From: Minutocellus sp. GHC0000111
Taxonomy: Eukaryota
Assembly: GCA_977018835.1 (NCBI GenBank)
Contig: OZ361257.1
Location: 3,844,001 to 3,908,000 of the forward strand
Reading direction: 5' to 3'
Length of the DNA stretch: 64,000 nucleotides
Position 1 is the stretch's first letter. Every line of letters begins with the position of its first letter. The notes beneath the pieces were generated by a model. The model made no database searches, was not told the origin of the DNA, and saw only the letters and a program-made list of their open reading frames with translations. Shown piece by piece: positions 32,859 to 44,487 of the stretch. Position numbers and translations under genes: made by a program.

Positions 32859-34586
32859 CAGGTCCGAATGCGCCGCGTCTTCTTCGATCCCCTCAAGGTC
32901 CGAGGCGTTCCCCGCGATCCTTCCGGTTTGGACAGCTCCGGGTTCGATCTGGTCAGTGCCCCGACCCGCAACCTGAAGGAGACCGTCGACAAAGAAGCTC
33001 ATCGTCGATCTCCTAACCTTCGCCTGGGAGGTGCGGGAGCGCGGCGGGCAGCCCCTCGTCGTGTTGATTGCCAGCGACGGCGATTGCTCCTACACGTTGG
33101 CCAAGCTCAACGATCGGGGGGTGATGAACGCCGTCCTGCACGGCCGGGATGAGTCCACGGCGACGATGCTGAGGGAGATTGCGCAGGATTCGCTCAGCTT
33201 TGAGAAGGATGTGCTGTTGGGATCATCATCATCAGCAGCAGCATCGGGGGGAGGGATGAGTGGCGTGGCAAGTGGTGCTAGTGGTAGCAATGCGGCAGCT
33301 GCAACGACTGCAGCTTCGACTTTGGCCTCGCAACAGCAGCAGCAGCAGTGTCATGCTTCCCAGCTTCAGAATCAGTCGGTGCCCCTGCCTGCTTCCAATG
33401 ACTGGCTGCAACAAAGAGGCACGGAACCAATGCAACCGGAACCTACGTCTACTGCCGGTGCCACTAGCAGCAACAGGAGAGCGGAGCGGTGCGTGTTCCT
33501 CAGGCAACTGCCAAAGGGCATTCAAGCAAGGGAAGTGCACAGATTCCTCACCAGCACCTACGGCATTGGAGTTCGACAAGTCAGCTTGGAAACTCTCAAA
33601 AAGGATGCCACCGGCAGAACTCGATTCGCGCACGTGCAGTGCAGTGCCAAGGATGCCGACCATTTGATCGCCCTGTCGAAGCAAAATGGACTGATCTACA
33701 AGGACGAGTGCGTTAGCGCCATCGACGATGCCAAGCCAATGTCCGCGGGCAAGCTACGGAAACTGCCGTCCAGCCTCCTCTATCGGGATCCTAGGTCGAC
33801 GATAGACGATGGCAACGCCGGTGGATTTTCGGACGAGGCATCCCTGAAGAGCGGCTCATCGATGGGTCCAGTCGACGACAATATCGTTGCTCTGTGCGTT
33901 TGCCTTTCCACCAAGCAGAAATCGTGGGGCTTTCACAAAAGTGTGGCGGAGGACGTCTGCTGGGTGAAAACATTGTGCAGCATGCGTTCGAACCGCGCGA
34001 CGACGAAGATGTCCCGGACATCTTCCAGGCAGTCCACGACCGAGCGATAGCGTGCGGTTTCGTCGAAACCGCACGTCATCGTCTCAGGAACAAGTGCAGC
34101 TACGTGCCCATCAACCTCCAAGAACATACGTCAAACCTTTCGGACATGCATTGCCTGCGGTTGACATCGTCCGGCAGAGATTGCGTCGAGGCGGTAACGG
34201 AGGCCGAGGTGGAATCCTTTTGTTCTGCGCTGTTTCGGAAGCAAAAGTATTGGTCGAGGGGCACAGGGGTTCCCGCCGAGAAATGCTGGATTGCTGTCAA
34301 AGTGATCGAAGAACTATACGAGCCTGCCTTCCCCCTCAAGGATGACAAAGGCGTTAGCTACCAGTGCAGGCAGACAAGAGATGCCGCAATAGCGTCCGAC
34401 TACCTCCAGATGGCAAGAAAAGATCTGCAGAGTGACAAGAATGACTTTGTTGTGCGAGAAATGTGGGACTCGTGTGAAACGGGACGGCTGTCGGACGACC
34501 TTTACTTTCAGCTGACTGTATCTGGGAGGCGTCTGGCGGCAAAATCCTTGGCATCAACGAAGCGCCCCTCCGACAAACGAAGATAG
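32859..34586 (+). pseudogene. 5'-truncated NYN-RRM-tandem-domain gene, paralog of 35038..36699; frameshifts near 32992 and 33960
   Basis: MRRVFFDP...DPSGLDSSGFDLV...DKKLIVD...SDGD.SYTL closely matches the neighbour; RRM-like VFLRQLP...FAHVQC; two C-terminal repeats ending LT..GR. Confidence 0.85.
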
Positions 34587-35037
34587 ACCTCGGCCACTAC
34601 CACCGCCGAATCATTATCGATGGGCCTCAGTGCTTGTAGATAGATGAAATAAAGGCACATAAAACCAAGCTCGCCAAGATCTGCTAACTTTAGACACTCT
34701 TATGCGATACCCTCGGAAGCCTCTTGTTTAGATGTGTTTTGTATTAATCGTTATCGATGCTACCTAATGTATGTAGATCCCTGAAACCATTGGTTATCCA
34801 TGTTGTTGGGGATGTGATTCGTCGGTCAATTATATCTCTGTTCGTTTTGTTTTAATTTGTTTCGTTCAGGATGTTGTTTCCGATTTATTCATTCCTCTCT
34901 TGTAATTGTTTTAAATCATTGCTTTGATATATTTGCTTGTTTTGTTTGCGATTCGAGGCCAAGAAAGCACTAAGCACATGTGCGACATATAATCCCATTG
35001 GCCACGATTTTGTAATGCTAGGAAAAGGGCTTGGAAT

Positions 35038-36699
35038 TTAATCCTCCAAGCTTTCAATGAGCTGCCTACCGACAGCTGTCAGGCGGATGTAGAAGTCGCG
35101 CGAGAGTCCGTCCAGGGTCACCTTCTCACCCAGGGGGCACAGGACAAACTCCTTGCTGTCCAAGTCCATCCTGGCCGTCTCGGCAAATCCGACCGAGATG
35201 GCGTTGTTGCGCGTATCCTTGCAGAGCTGGGTGTACTCGCCCCGTTCGGCGGGAGAGTACAGTGGTTTGTACTCCTTCTGAACGATCTTGGAGGGGATCC
35301 AGCAAACCTCCCAGTTGACTCGGTTGCCCTGCTCCCACTTTTTCTGCTTCTTGTAGAGGAAGTAGCAGTAGTCCTGGACACGCTCGAGCTGCAGCTCTTC
35401 CAGTAGAGCCCGGCCCTTCTCGGTGAAACGGATGAAGAATTCTCTTGTAAGACGACGGCCGGGCTCGGTCGGCTGGCCCAGCACGACGAGGTGATATTCC
35501 GTCTCATTCTCCAAGCTTCTGCGGGCGGTCTCGACGAATCTACCTCGGATGGCCCCATCTCGAGCGTCCTTGGCGGCGGGGATAGAGTTGGGATCCGACG
35601 GAGCACGGAAGGAATCCTGCAGCACCTTGCCGGGGATGTAGGCGCGCTCGTACGACACGCCCACCCCCTTCTCCCAGCTGCGTTGCTTGTCGGAGAGGCA
35701 GCTGCAGAAGGCCAGCAGGTCGGAATCGATGGGACCGAACTTGGCACTTTGCATGATGGTTGTGGTGTACTTGTTGCGAGTCAGATTCTTGGATGGTCTG
35801 TTGCTGCTGTTGTGGACGGACTTGATATTACTGGACTGCAACTGCTGGACCGGAATAGCAGGAGCCGGGCGACTGGCAATGGTAGGACTCACAGAAGCGG
35901 AAGGAGGATTCGTCGACGCGTCGTAGGCCCCAAATGCGTTGATGTTGCCACCAATACCATGAGCCTGCCGTTGAGAAGAGGGGCTGTTGGAAGCCGTCGG
36001 CGAAGCAGTAGTAGGTGACCCCTGAGCATCCCCGATGTATCCCAGAAGACGGCTTCCTGAAGGCCCACCGAGGCTGCCCATGGTGTTCAGTGATGAAGAG
36101 GCAGCAGCCGCCGCAGCGGCAGCGGCTGCACTTGGAGGCGATCCCATGGGAGGAGATGAGATGGGCGAAGGCATTTGATTAGCACCAGCGCTGGTGGGAG
36201 GAGGTCGCATGCTGAGACCAAGAACGTCCCGTTCGAAGCTCAGAGCTGCGTTGGCGTTGGAAATTAGCACGTCGGTAGTGACGCAGTTGGGACCGAACAT
36301 GACGACGTTCATGACGCCTCGATCACGGAGCTTGGACAAAGTGTAGGCATAGTCTCCATCGCTGGTAATCAAGACGACGCATGGCTCTCGGCCCTTGGAA
36401 GACGAGTCCCAGGCGAAGGACAGAACGTCGACGATGAGCTTCTTGTCGAGCGTCGAATTCATGTTTCGGGCCGGCGTATGGACCAGATCAAAGCCCGAGC
36501 TATCCAGTCCAGAAGGATCGGCCGGCCCGCCCGGCTTGTACGGATCGAAATACACCCGGCGCATTTCGATCCGTTGGCCGTACCGACCGACGGCCATCAG
36601 GATGGCCTTGGCCGCATCGGCAGGCGACACGTTGACGGGGAGAGGTGCGGTGATATAATCCCAAAACAGCGCGATCTCCCGCTCGCCGCGCGTCGCCAT
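35038..36699 (-). CDS. NYN ribonuclease (MARF1/limkain-b1-type FWD motif) with two C-terminal repeats of about 95 aa
   Basis: ALFWDY, TLDKKLIVD and LITSDGDY motifs; low-complexity linker; repeats C..L..KQ..W...AI..GF.ETAR...IR.T..GR.L. Confidence 0.88.
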   Translation of the reverse strand: MATRGEREIALFWDYITAPLPVNVSPADAAKAILMAVGRYGQRIEMRRVYFDPYKPGGPADPSGLDSSGFDLVHTPARNMNSTLDKKLIVDVLSFAWDSSSKGREPCVVLITSDGDYAYTLSKLRDRGVMNVVMFGPNCVTTDVLISNANAALSFERDVLGLSMRPPPTSAGANQMPSPISSPPMGSPPSAAAAAAAAAASSSLNTMGSLGGPSGSRLLGYIGDAQGSPTTASPTASNSPSSQRQAHGIGGNINAFGAYDASTNPPSASVSPTIASRPAPAIPVQQLQSSNIKSVHNSSNRPSKNLTRNKYTTTIMQSAKFGPIDSDLLAFCSCLSDKQRSWEKGVGVSYERAYIPGKVLQDSFRAPSDPNSIPAAKDARDGAIRGRFVETARRSLENETEYHLVVLGQPTEPGRRLTREFFIRFTEKGRALLEELQLERVQDYCYFLYKKQKKWEQGNRVNWEVCWIPSKIVQKEYKPLYSPAERGEYTQLCKDTRNNAISVGFAETARMDLDSKEFVLCPLGEKVTLDGLSRDFYIRLTAVGRQLIESLED

Positions 36700-37375
36700 G
36701 GTTCTGATGTGTATTCGATATCAAGTTTTTTGGGTATTCTTGTCGTTACTGAAAGCTTCGATGTCCCGGTCACTTGGTCTTTTTCGATAATCGCACAGGA
36801 TTTATTCGAAAGAATAATTTACGGAGGCAGTTGAAAAGGTTTCCCGCCCCCGGACACAAGATGTGCTCGAAATAAAATAAAAAAGATACGACCGATAAAA
36901 CAGGCTGACCGCAGCAGCCAACAAAGCCACCAACACCCCACGGACCAACCCAGAACGCTCCCCTTTATCCTTTGCACCCGTTGCAAAGAGGAGGTTCGAG
37001 TATCCGGCACGGTTCCAAGGTTCAATGGCTGCAAAGCAACGCAACAGAAGGAAACATCGCGAGGATGCGCCAGCTCAGATCGAAAAGTATTGTACTTTTA
37101 CGAAACTCTATGTCAGTCAAACAAGTCTTGCGATTGCAGAAGCCTTGTTCCTCGGTCTTGCGTCGACCGTCGGCATTTCGTTTCGCCGAAGAACGAACAA
37201 CGAAAGATACGATCCATCACCGGCCGACACATCTTGTGTTCTCTTTGACGATCTAACGCATTTTCTCCCAGTGCATACCTCTACCAACGGCACCATTATA
37301 TTGCATCGACTTGTCCATATTAGATCGGCGCATATATCCCATATTTTACCCAAATTACAACAAATCATCCAAAAC

Positions 37376-38371
37376 ATGCTCTTCTCCACTCTCCATAAGT
37401 CCACCGGTCGGCAGGTCCTTGCGTCGGTCCTGGAAGCTACCACCGCATCCTCCGGCCGCCGGTGCATGTCGTCCACCGCCAAGGTATGGGTCGACAAGAA
37501 CACCAAGGTGATCTGCCAGGGCTTCACCGGAAAGCAGGGAACCTTCCACTCCACCCAGGCCATCGAGTACGGTACCAACATGGTCGGAGGAGTCACCCCC
37601 AAGAAGGGCGGTCAGACCCACCTCGGTTTGCCCGTCTTCAACACGGTCGCCGAGGCCGTCGAAGGTGTGCAGCCCGATGCTTCCGTCATCTACGTGCCAC
37701 CGCCGTTCTGCGGTGCCGCCATTATGGACGCCATCGAGAACGAAATCCCGCTCGTCGTGGCCATCACCGAAGGCGTCCCCCAGCAGGACATGGTCAAGGT
37801 GAAGAAGGCACTGAGCATGCAGAGTGTCTCCCGTCTCATCGGGCCCAACTGTCCCGGCATCATCAAGCCCGGGGAGTGCAAGATTGGCATCATGCCCGGA
37901 TACATCCACATGCCTGGCAAGATCGGCGTCGTTTCCCGATCGGGTACCCTCACCTACGAGGCCGTCCATCAGACCACCGTCACCGGACTTGGACAATCGA
38001 CTTGCGTCGGCATTGGAGGAGATCCTTTCAACGGCACAAACTTTATCGATTGCTTGGAGCGCTTCACCAACGATCCGCAGACGGAGGGCATTATCATGAT
38101 TGGTGAGATTGGCGGATCGGCCGAGGAGGAGGCTGCGGAGTGGTTGAAGGAGCACGGAGACCCGAACAAGCCTGTTGTCGGATTCATTGCGGGTATGACC
38201 GCCCCTCCGGGACGTCGGATGGGTCACGCTGGTGCCATCATTGCCGGTGGCAAGGGTGGTGCCGAGGAGAAGTTTGCCGCCTTGGAGGCCGCCGGTGTTC
38301 ATGTTACCCGAAGCCCCGCACAGCTCGGCAACACCATGCTCGCTGCGATGAAGGAGGCCGGCAAGGCATAG
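37376..38371 (+). CDS. SUCLG1: Succinyl-CoA ligase alpha subunit, mitochondrial
   Basis: [30 protein letters not shown] and RMGHAGA (phospho-His) motifs; mitochondrial-type presequence. Confidence 0.97.
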   Translation: MLFSTLHKSTGRQVLASVLEATTASSGRRCMSSTAKVWVDKNTKVICQGFTGKQGTFHSTQAIEYGTNMVGGVTPKKGGQTHLGLPVFNTVAEAVEGVQPDASVIYVPPPFCGAAIMDAIENEIPLVVAITEGVPQQDMVKVKKALSMQSVSRLIGPNCPGIIKPGECKIGIMPGYIHMPGKIGVVSRSGTLTYEAVHQTTVTGLGQSTCVGIGGDPFNGTNFIDCLERFTNDPQTEGIIMIGEIGGSAEEEAAEWLKEHGDPNKPVVGFIAGMTAPPGRRMGHAGAIIAGGKGGAEEKFAALEAAGVHVTRSPAQLGNTMLAAMKEAGKA

Positions 38372-38455
38372 ATGTTTGGTAGAAAAAGGGAAAGGAGGAA
38401 ACAAATTGGTTGTCCTCGCTGCGGAATTGTAAAGAAAAGAATAGATAGATACTCG

Positions 38456-39649
38456 TCATCTACTTGAAGTGTTATTACTATATATCAACCCCCTCGCAAC
38501 ACAGTCGTTGTATTGCTCTTCAAATAATTCTCTACCATATTCGTACAATTGAAAATCCAGTGGAAATTGTTTTCGGATGGCAGCATCTCCGGCATCACTT
38601 ACGTTGTAGGCGTACCCCTTGTTTGCATGTACGGACTTGCCAAGACTAGGATTGGCCTTCATCGCCTTGTGTACCCAAGACACTCGACATCGTAGGAGGT
38701 CTATTGTTTTCTGTGGTTCTTCTACCAAACCCAAATTAAATTTTCTTCGAAGCAATGCCTTGGCGTTTTCGAGATCCCTTTCGTCAAAACAGCATCGGCG
38801 CAGCTCATGCCCCCCTGCCTCGGTAAAATTATGCTCAACGAAGAAACTCAGCAAGTAACCATCTTTCATGGTTTTTGACCACTCGTTGAATGGTGTCTTT
38901 TCTGTTTCTTCGCCAAGTTTATGCAGGCCGCCCATGGACTTGGCGTAATGATAATGTGAATTGAGCCGCTCCCATGGATTTCTAAGCTGCGTGAAGAACG
39001 CGGCCGTGTCCATGTGCGTCCCGGGCCAGGTTTGGTCCAGCTCGTAATAGGATAAATGATTCAATCCGCCGTACACCTTTGTGTTGATCCTCCGAGTTTC
39101 AGACAACTGTTTCCACTTTTCGCGACCTTCGTGCACAAAATTGATGAAGCGGCAGCTCACCGCTACACCATAAATCATCTCACGTATCGATGTTCCACCG
39201 CATTTTGGTACATGGACAAAGGCAAGGCCATTGTAGTATCGCTCGGTGATGGATGCGTTGGAACCTGGCTGGCAGTTGACTGGTTTGTAACTCTTTGGTC
39301 TGGGATGGGTAGCAAAATATTTCAACCTCGCAGCTCGCTGTTCCAATATGATTTTGTACACATCAAAGGCAAGGTAGCCAATGAACAGCACCATACAAAC
39401 GATGAAGATTCCGATGGCCCGGCATACAAATTGTCGCACTGATCTGCATGTTCGGTTGTTGCAGCTCTTGCAGCTGATTTCGATGTAGCCTCCGTGCTTG
39501 TCCTTGTCATCAGAGGAATCAATCTGCAAATCATCACGACGTGGAGGTGATCTACTCCTTGAATGGGCTCTATGCCTCATTGTATCGTCTCGAGAAGAAG
39601 ACGCTCGCTGTGCACGCCGCCATTGCGCCAGCTCATTGAACTGCGCCAT
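38456..39649 (-). CDS. Golgi-type sulfotransferase (type II membrane)
   Basis: Single TM segment; FVHVPKCGGTSI (5'-PSB) and LRNPWERLNSHYHY (3'-PB); LDFQLYE near the C-terminus. Confidence 0.88.
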   Translation of the reverse strand: MAQFNELAQWRRAQRASSSRDDTMRHRAHSRSRSPPRRDDLQIDSSDDKDKHGGYIEISCKSCNNRTCRSVRQFVCRAIGIFIVCMVLFIGYLAFDVYKIILEQRAARLKYFATHPRPKSYKPVNCQPGSNASITERYYNGLAFVHVPKCGGTSIREMIYGVAVSCRFINFVHEGREKWKQLSETRRINTKVYGGLNHLSYYELDQTWPGTHMDTAAFFTQLRNPWERLNSHYHYAKSMGGLHKLGEETEKTPFNEWSKTMKDGYLLSFFVEHNFTEAGGHELRRCCFDERDLENAKALLRRKFNLGLVEEPQKTIDLLRCRVSWVHKAMKANPSLGKSVHANKGYAYNVSDAGDAAIRKQFPLDFQLYEYGRELFEEQYNDCVARGLIYSNNTSSR

Positions 39650-39936
39650 CACGACATTCAGCAAGTTCAAGAAAATTTTGAAGTGGTATGCCAAGGGCGA
39701 GTGCGAAATTCCCGAAGAGTTCTTTACCAATCCGCACAACGAGTACGATCTGGAGAACTTGATTTTGTAGAGTTTGCGCAAAGAAGGGAGGGAGGGATTC
39801 TTGTACATAAAACGGAGGTAGTGGTGATGTGATGTTGCTAATCTAAGTAGTAAAGCTTACTCTTATTATTTTATTATTTCTGGAGCAATACCTAAATCAT
39901 CTAATACGTAGCTGATTTGCTTATCTCCAAAAAAGA

Positions 39937-41756
39937 TTAAAAGGCTCCGGGAGCGATGGCGGTGACAGGGGGGTTGACGTAGGGAACGATTCCGACTGGC
40001 TCACCGGTATCCGCACCAAGAACAATATCGAAGCAGCCGATATCGTCAAGCTTCTTGACATAGTAAACGGTACGGTAGAAGACACCTTCACCCTCGTCAA
40101 CGAGCTTGACCTTATTTCCGTTCGAGAGCTTGAGGAAGAAATCATCGGTGTTGGCACCGTTGGCAGTAGCAGCCCACTTGGGAGGCTTGCCATAGTCAAT
40201 TTCTCCCGGGAATCCTTCATACACAACGAGGTTGCCATCAGGATGCCGTAGAAGCATGGAATGATTGGATTCTTCGTCATACAGGATCTCGCTACGCTCT
40301 AGGCGGTCACCGCTGGACAGTCTTGTAAGGATGTTTGACCAGACAATGTCACCAGCATCCTCTGGGTTGCTTCCTTCGAAGATATGGATGACGCAGGAAG
40401 AGTCTATGCCAAGAAAGTAGTCACCGACTTCTCCAGCGGAGTTGGAATCCCACCCAATTTCTCCTGTACCACCTTGCTTGATACGACCGTTTTTGAGTAG
40501 AAGTCGACCAGATGGACGAAGGGCAAGGATATACCCAGCCAAAGCATCCTCAACTCGGCGTCCAGGTGGCCCAGGGAGATGAAAGCCAAGGGATCCAGTG
40601 TGCCACATGAAATAAGAGCCGGTGTAGACGTTGAAATTTCCATCCGGCTGGAGACGGATGGAACATTTGCCATCGTGGAAGGACATGGCAGTGCCGCTTG
40701 TGATAGTTTCGCCAGCTTTCATAACTATCTCAATATCTTCCGGGCAGGGGCGAGGCACTGCGGTAGGTTCATAGGAACAGGGGTCCAAAGCAACGTGGAA
40801 GCAGGCAGAGGCGTACCTGTGTGGTTTCATTACACTTCCAAAAAGATCCTTTGTGTAGTAGACACGCTTGGGTGGTCCATCCTCCGTGAGCTTTAGCATG
40901 CCATTTGGGCGGACATCAAGATGAAAATCAAATGAAGCACCACCAGCGGTGTTGGATGCCCAAAGGGGGATTCGACTTGAATCGGTAAAATCGGACCCAT
41001 CATAAACAACGAGGTTCCCATCTGCCGGCTAAAGAATCATAAAGGCATTCCGTTTGGTATCCCGGTACATTACTCCTCGGCCGAGCCGGTCGCCAGCCCT
41101 CAAGGGACCGGTGTGGATGTTAGTCCAGATCTTGGCACCGATATTATCAGGGGTCCCAAGGTAGATGCCCAAGATGCACTCTTCGTCGATTCCAAGGAAG
41201 AAGGATTCATCGCCAACGTGGCGGTTGGTATGCGTTGAATATATGAGTCATCCTCTCATTCCGTCTTCCAGTTCAAAGATGCGGAAATTGCCTCCCTTTT
41301 TCATTGCGTACTGGATTCATTGAGAAATATTGACAAAACATGATAGATTATGTATTGTGAGTGAGCTCATCAATACTTCGTGTAACTTATTTCACAAAAA
41401 CAATAGAAGACGTTATTGACGTGAAATGAAACAGAAAATAAGAAAAAGCTCACCTCATAGTTGCCAGCACCGATGGCACCGGTGTCCCACATAGTAGGGA
41501 AGGCGCCGAGAGGATTGTAGGGTGGTTCGCCACGGCGCTTGTTGACTGAGAGATTCCCATCCTTCTGGAAGGCGATGCGACACTTTCCATCGTGGACCAA
41601 CATCTCGGTGCCACCTGGTACCCTCAAGACGATGGAATCGTCAAATAGGTTTTGCGAACGAAGAAGAGGCTCGACTGCCGCGCTCGATGACCTGACTGTA
41701 GCCATAACGAGAATCAAGACGGCGGTGAACGATTGAAAACTGATGCCGAACAACAT
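39937..41756 (-). pseudogene. Secreted bulb-type (B-) lectin repeat protein with two in-frame stops; exons 41756-41454 and 41310-39937
   Basis: Signal peptide; four QxDGNxxxY-like motifs in a two-fold internal duplication; GT-AG intron 41453-41311; in-frame TGA at 41250-41248 and TAG at 41031-41029. Confidence 0.75.
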
Positions 41757-41985
41757 GATGATTGATATGATAATGACAATTCACTTTGTTTGGTTCTTGG
41801 CAGGAAATTTATGAGCTGAGGATTCTGCTTGGATCTTACCAACGCCACAATAATAGCTCTCATTTCGTCCACGGCACTTCTACAACCTTCAAAGAAGCGC
41901 CAAGCGGATCCTGTTTGGTCAAAAGATTTAGTGCCACGGTGCCAAGTCCAGTCGTGATGCACATACAACGATCTACACCAGCCCT

Positions 41986-43085
41986 TTAGCCCTTCAAAAA
42001 TTCACACGAATCGAGCACGTTTTCAGCGCCTGGGCGGATTTTGTGTCTGTACACCAAAAGTGATTTGTCCAACATATCCCAAAACGAATCGGGCAATGAA
42101 TCAGCACAATCCGGCGGCATCATGCCGCCCTTGAGATCACGCTCTCCCTTGCTTGGAGCCTTGTGCATGACATCAACTACCGACTGAAGCCGATCTCCTT
42201 CTGGAAAGCCAGCTGCAAATGCATAAACAGTCACCCCGGCACTCCAAATATCGGTCTTGTAAGTGTACTTGCGAGCAAACATTTCCGGTGAGTTGTAGAA
42301 TGCCGACCCAGCCATCGTTGTGTGCGGTTTTGGTTCGGATGCATCATCGTGGGATGGTGGATCATCGAAGGTACCGGAGCCATAATCGATTAATCGCAGC
42401 CCTTCCACGTATTCGACAGGAATTACATCCCTAGTTGGATCAAACTTATGCACAAACATTGCATTCGCCGGCTTCAAGTCACGATGAATCACGCCATGTT
42501 TGTGACAATGGCAAACCGCCTTGAGGATTCGGATGGTCACTTCTCTCACGATATCGGCAGGAAGCAAAGCATTTCTTGCCGATGATGCTGCCATTACTTC
42601 ATTTTCTTTTCTGTAATATTGCAAACACGCCGACCGAAAATCGTGTAAATCACCACCCAAACAAAGTTCCGTCACCAAATACAGAATCTCCGACCTTCGT
42701 ACACCCCAACGAGCTTCAGGTTGTACTCCTGACCCTGCAGACGGCGCAAGATTTCCACTTCCGTTTCCAGTACACCTTCTTTCGGAGGATGGAATACAGT
42801 GTTGTCGTCGTTGATCGAGTATCCCTTGCACAACACCTTGGCGGCATACTGATTGTTCTCATTATTGTTGCCATCACCATTTGCTTTGTTGCGAACCAAC
42901 CGGACGGCACCAAAGGCACCTTCTCCGAGGATCGTCAGTTTGTTCTTCTTGGAGGCATCTGGAATTTCCTGATATTTCAGCAAATACTCCTCCTCCGTTC
43001 CTGTTGCGTCGGCAATCAGTGGCGGGCCGTAGTAGGCGTCGGCCACGCGGGTGGCGAAGCCCGAGACGAGGTCGAGGAGGGACAT
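41986..43085 (-). CDS. Ser/Thr protein kinase (CAMK/CDPK-like), 1-nt frameshift near 42697
   Basis: LGEGAFGAV, YAAK, HRDLKPAN, IDYG, SPE and DIWSAG motifs; adding one A gives YERSEILYLVTE. Confidence 0.9.
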
Positions 43086-43329
43086 GGTTCCGATGGCTCT
43101 TCCGGTCAAGCAAAAGGACGAGAATGGCAAATGAGGGGATTTGCATTTTTGCCCCATAATGCAATCCCCCCTAAGTCGATACGCGGTTATGAGCCACATG
43201 CATGTGGGAACTTATGCTCTTTTATGTAAGTCAGTGCTACGTAGGGAAGCTTGTCTTTATCCAACACAGAATGCACTGCTACATGTCATCTGCATCCGAC
43301 ATGTAGCCCATTCAATCCAACTTATAACA

Positions 43330-44140
43330 TCCGAATAACCAAGTTACCGCTGGGGGAAGGCTGTCCCTCCCCCCCTTCCGTCCGTCAGAGCTCTGTTCAA
43401 AGATCCTCCGGTGAATCTCTATGTCACCGGAGTTAGCATCAATCGATGACATCCTTCTCCGCCGCCTTCAACGACTTGGCCTGCGTCTCGACGGTAGCCT
43501 CCAGGGTCCGAAGATGGGTGATGGGGGCACGGTTGTGACACAGGAAGATCATCAGCATGGGGGCGATGCTCGGGTGACGAATGAACTCCAAGTCCTGCAA
43601 CTCTCGCATCACACGCAGCTCTTGAAGGGTCGCCCATGAGCAGGTAGAGAGGAACATCTGGCCTTGTCCGTGTTGAGACATGCTGACATGGCATGGAGAC
43701 CCGAACCTCCTGCATTTCCTCACATGCGATCTTCACCATCGTTGCCACAACCTTGAAGCACTCGTCCTTTTCCGCCTCGGTCGACGAGTTCCGGCGGTCC
43801 GGAGAGCCGGGACCAGTGCGGGGCACGAAAGAACCAAGCAACGTCCGAGCGGCCGCGGTCGAAGCCTCAGCCACACCCACACCCAAACCCCCCCCCCGGT
43901 CACCATCTGAAAAGAAGACAACGAACCACTGGGAGACTCACCTGCGGCGTCGGCGGTAGCCGAGCGAAGGTGAGTGGACATCGTGTCCCGAAGGGAGGAA
44001 AGAAGGCCGGCGGTGCCGCCGGGGTGGAGGCAGCACGACGCAGAGGCGAGGTGCGACCGGAACGAGAGGCTTGAGACATGATGGGGGTGTGAAAGTAATA
44101 GATAAACTAAGAAAAGAGTAAAATCAAAGAATTGAGTGTG
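43330..44140 (-). mobile_element. Degenerate remnant of a probable retroelement ORF1; boundaries approximate
   Basis: Broken frames contain WATLQELRVMRE...FIRHPSIAP, a motif I associate with diatom repeat ORFs; a G-rich tract follows the ORF; no TSD found. Confidence 0.4.
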
Positions 44141-44487
44141 TCCCTGCACGATACGGATCCCATGTGTCCTGCACGACATAGCTAGCAACTCTCTGCGTTC
44201 AATTTCAAAAGGTGAGCCTTTCTTCAACCTCGCACGTTCATCATTGGCATACAAATCTGCAGGTTTCCCGAAAGGCTCCAAACACCAAGAAGCCCCCCTA
44301 CGTAGCACTGTCGTTCTCAAGGCCTTGTTCCCCGCTTGGCATTGGTTAGCGCGCTGAGCCTGCATGAAATAAATGATGTGCTGCATTTTGGTTAGCAGAA
44401 AGATACCGGAAGCGAAAGCATTTGACTTACCGCACCAAGCCTCCCTTCTTCCCGAACTGTTCTTCTTACTGAATCATTACTACTAGT

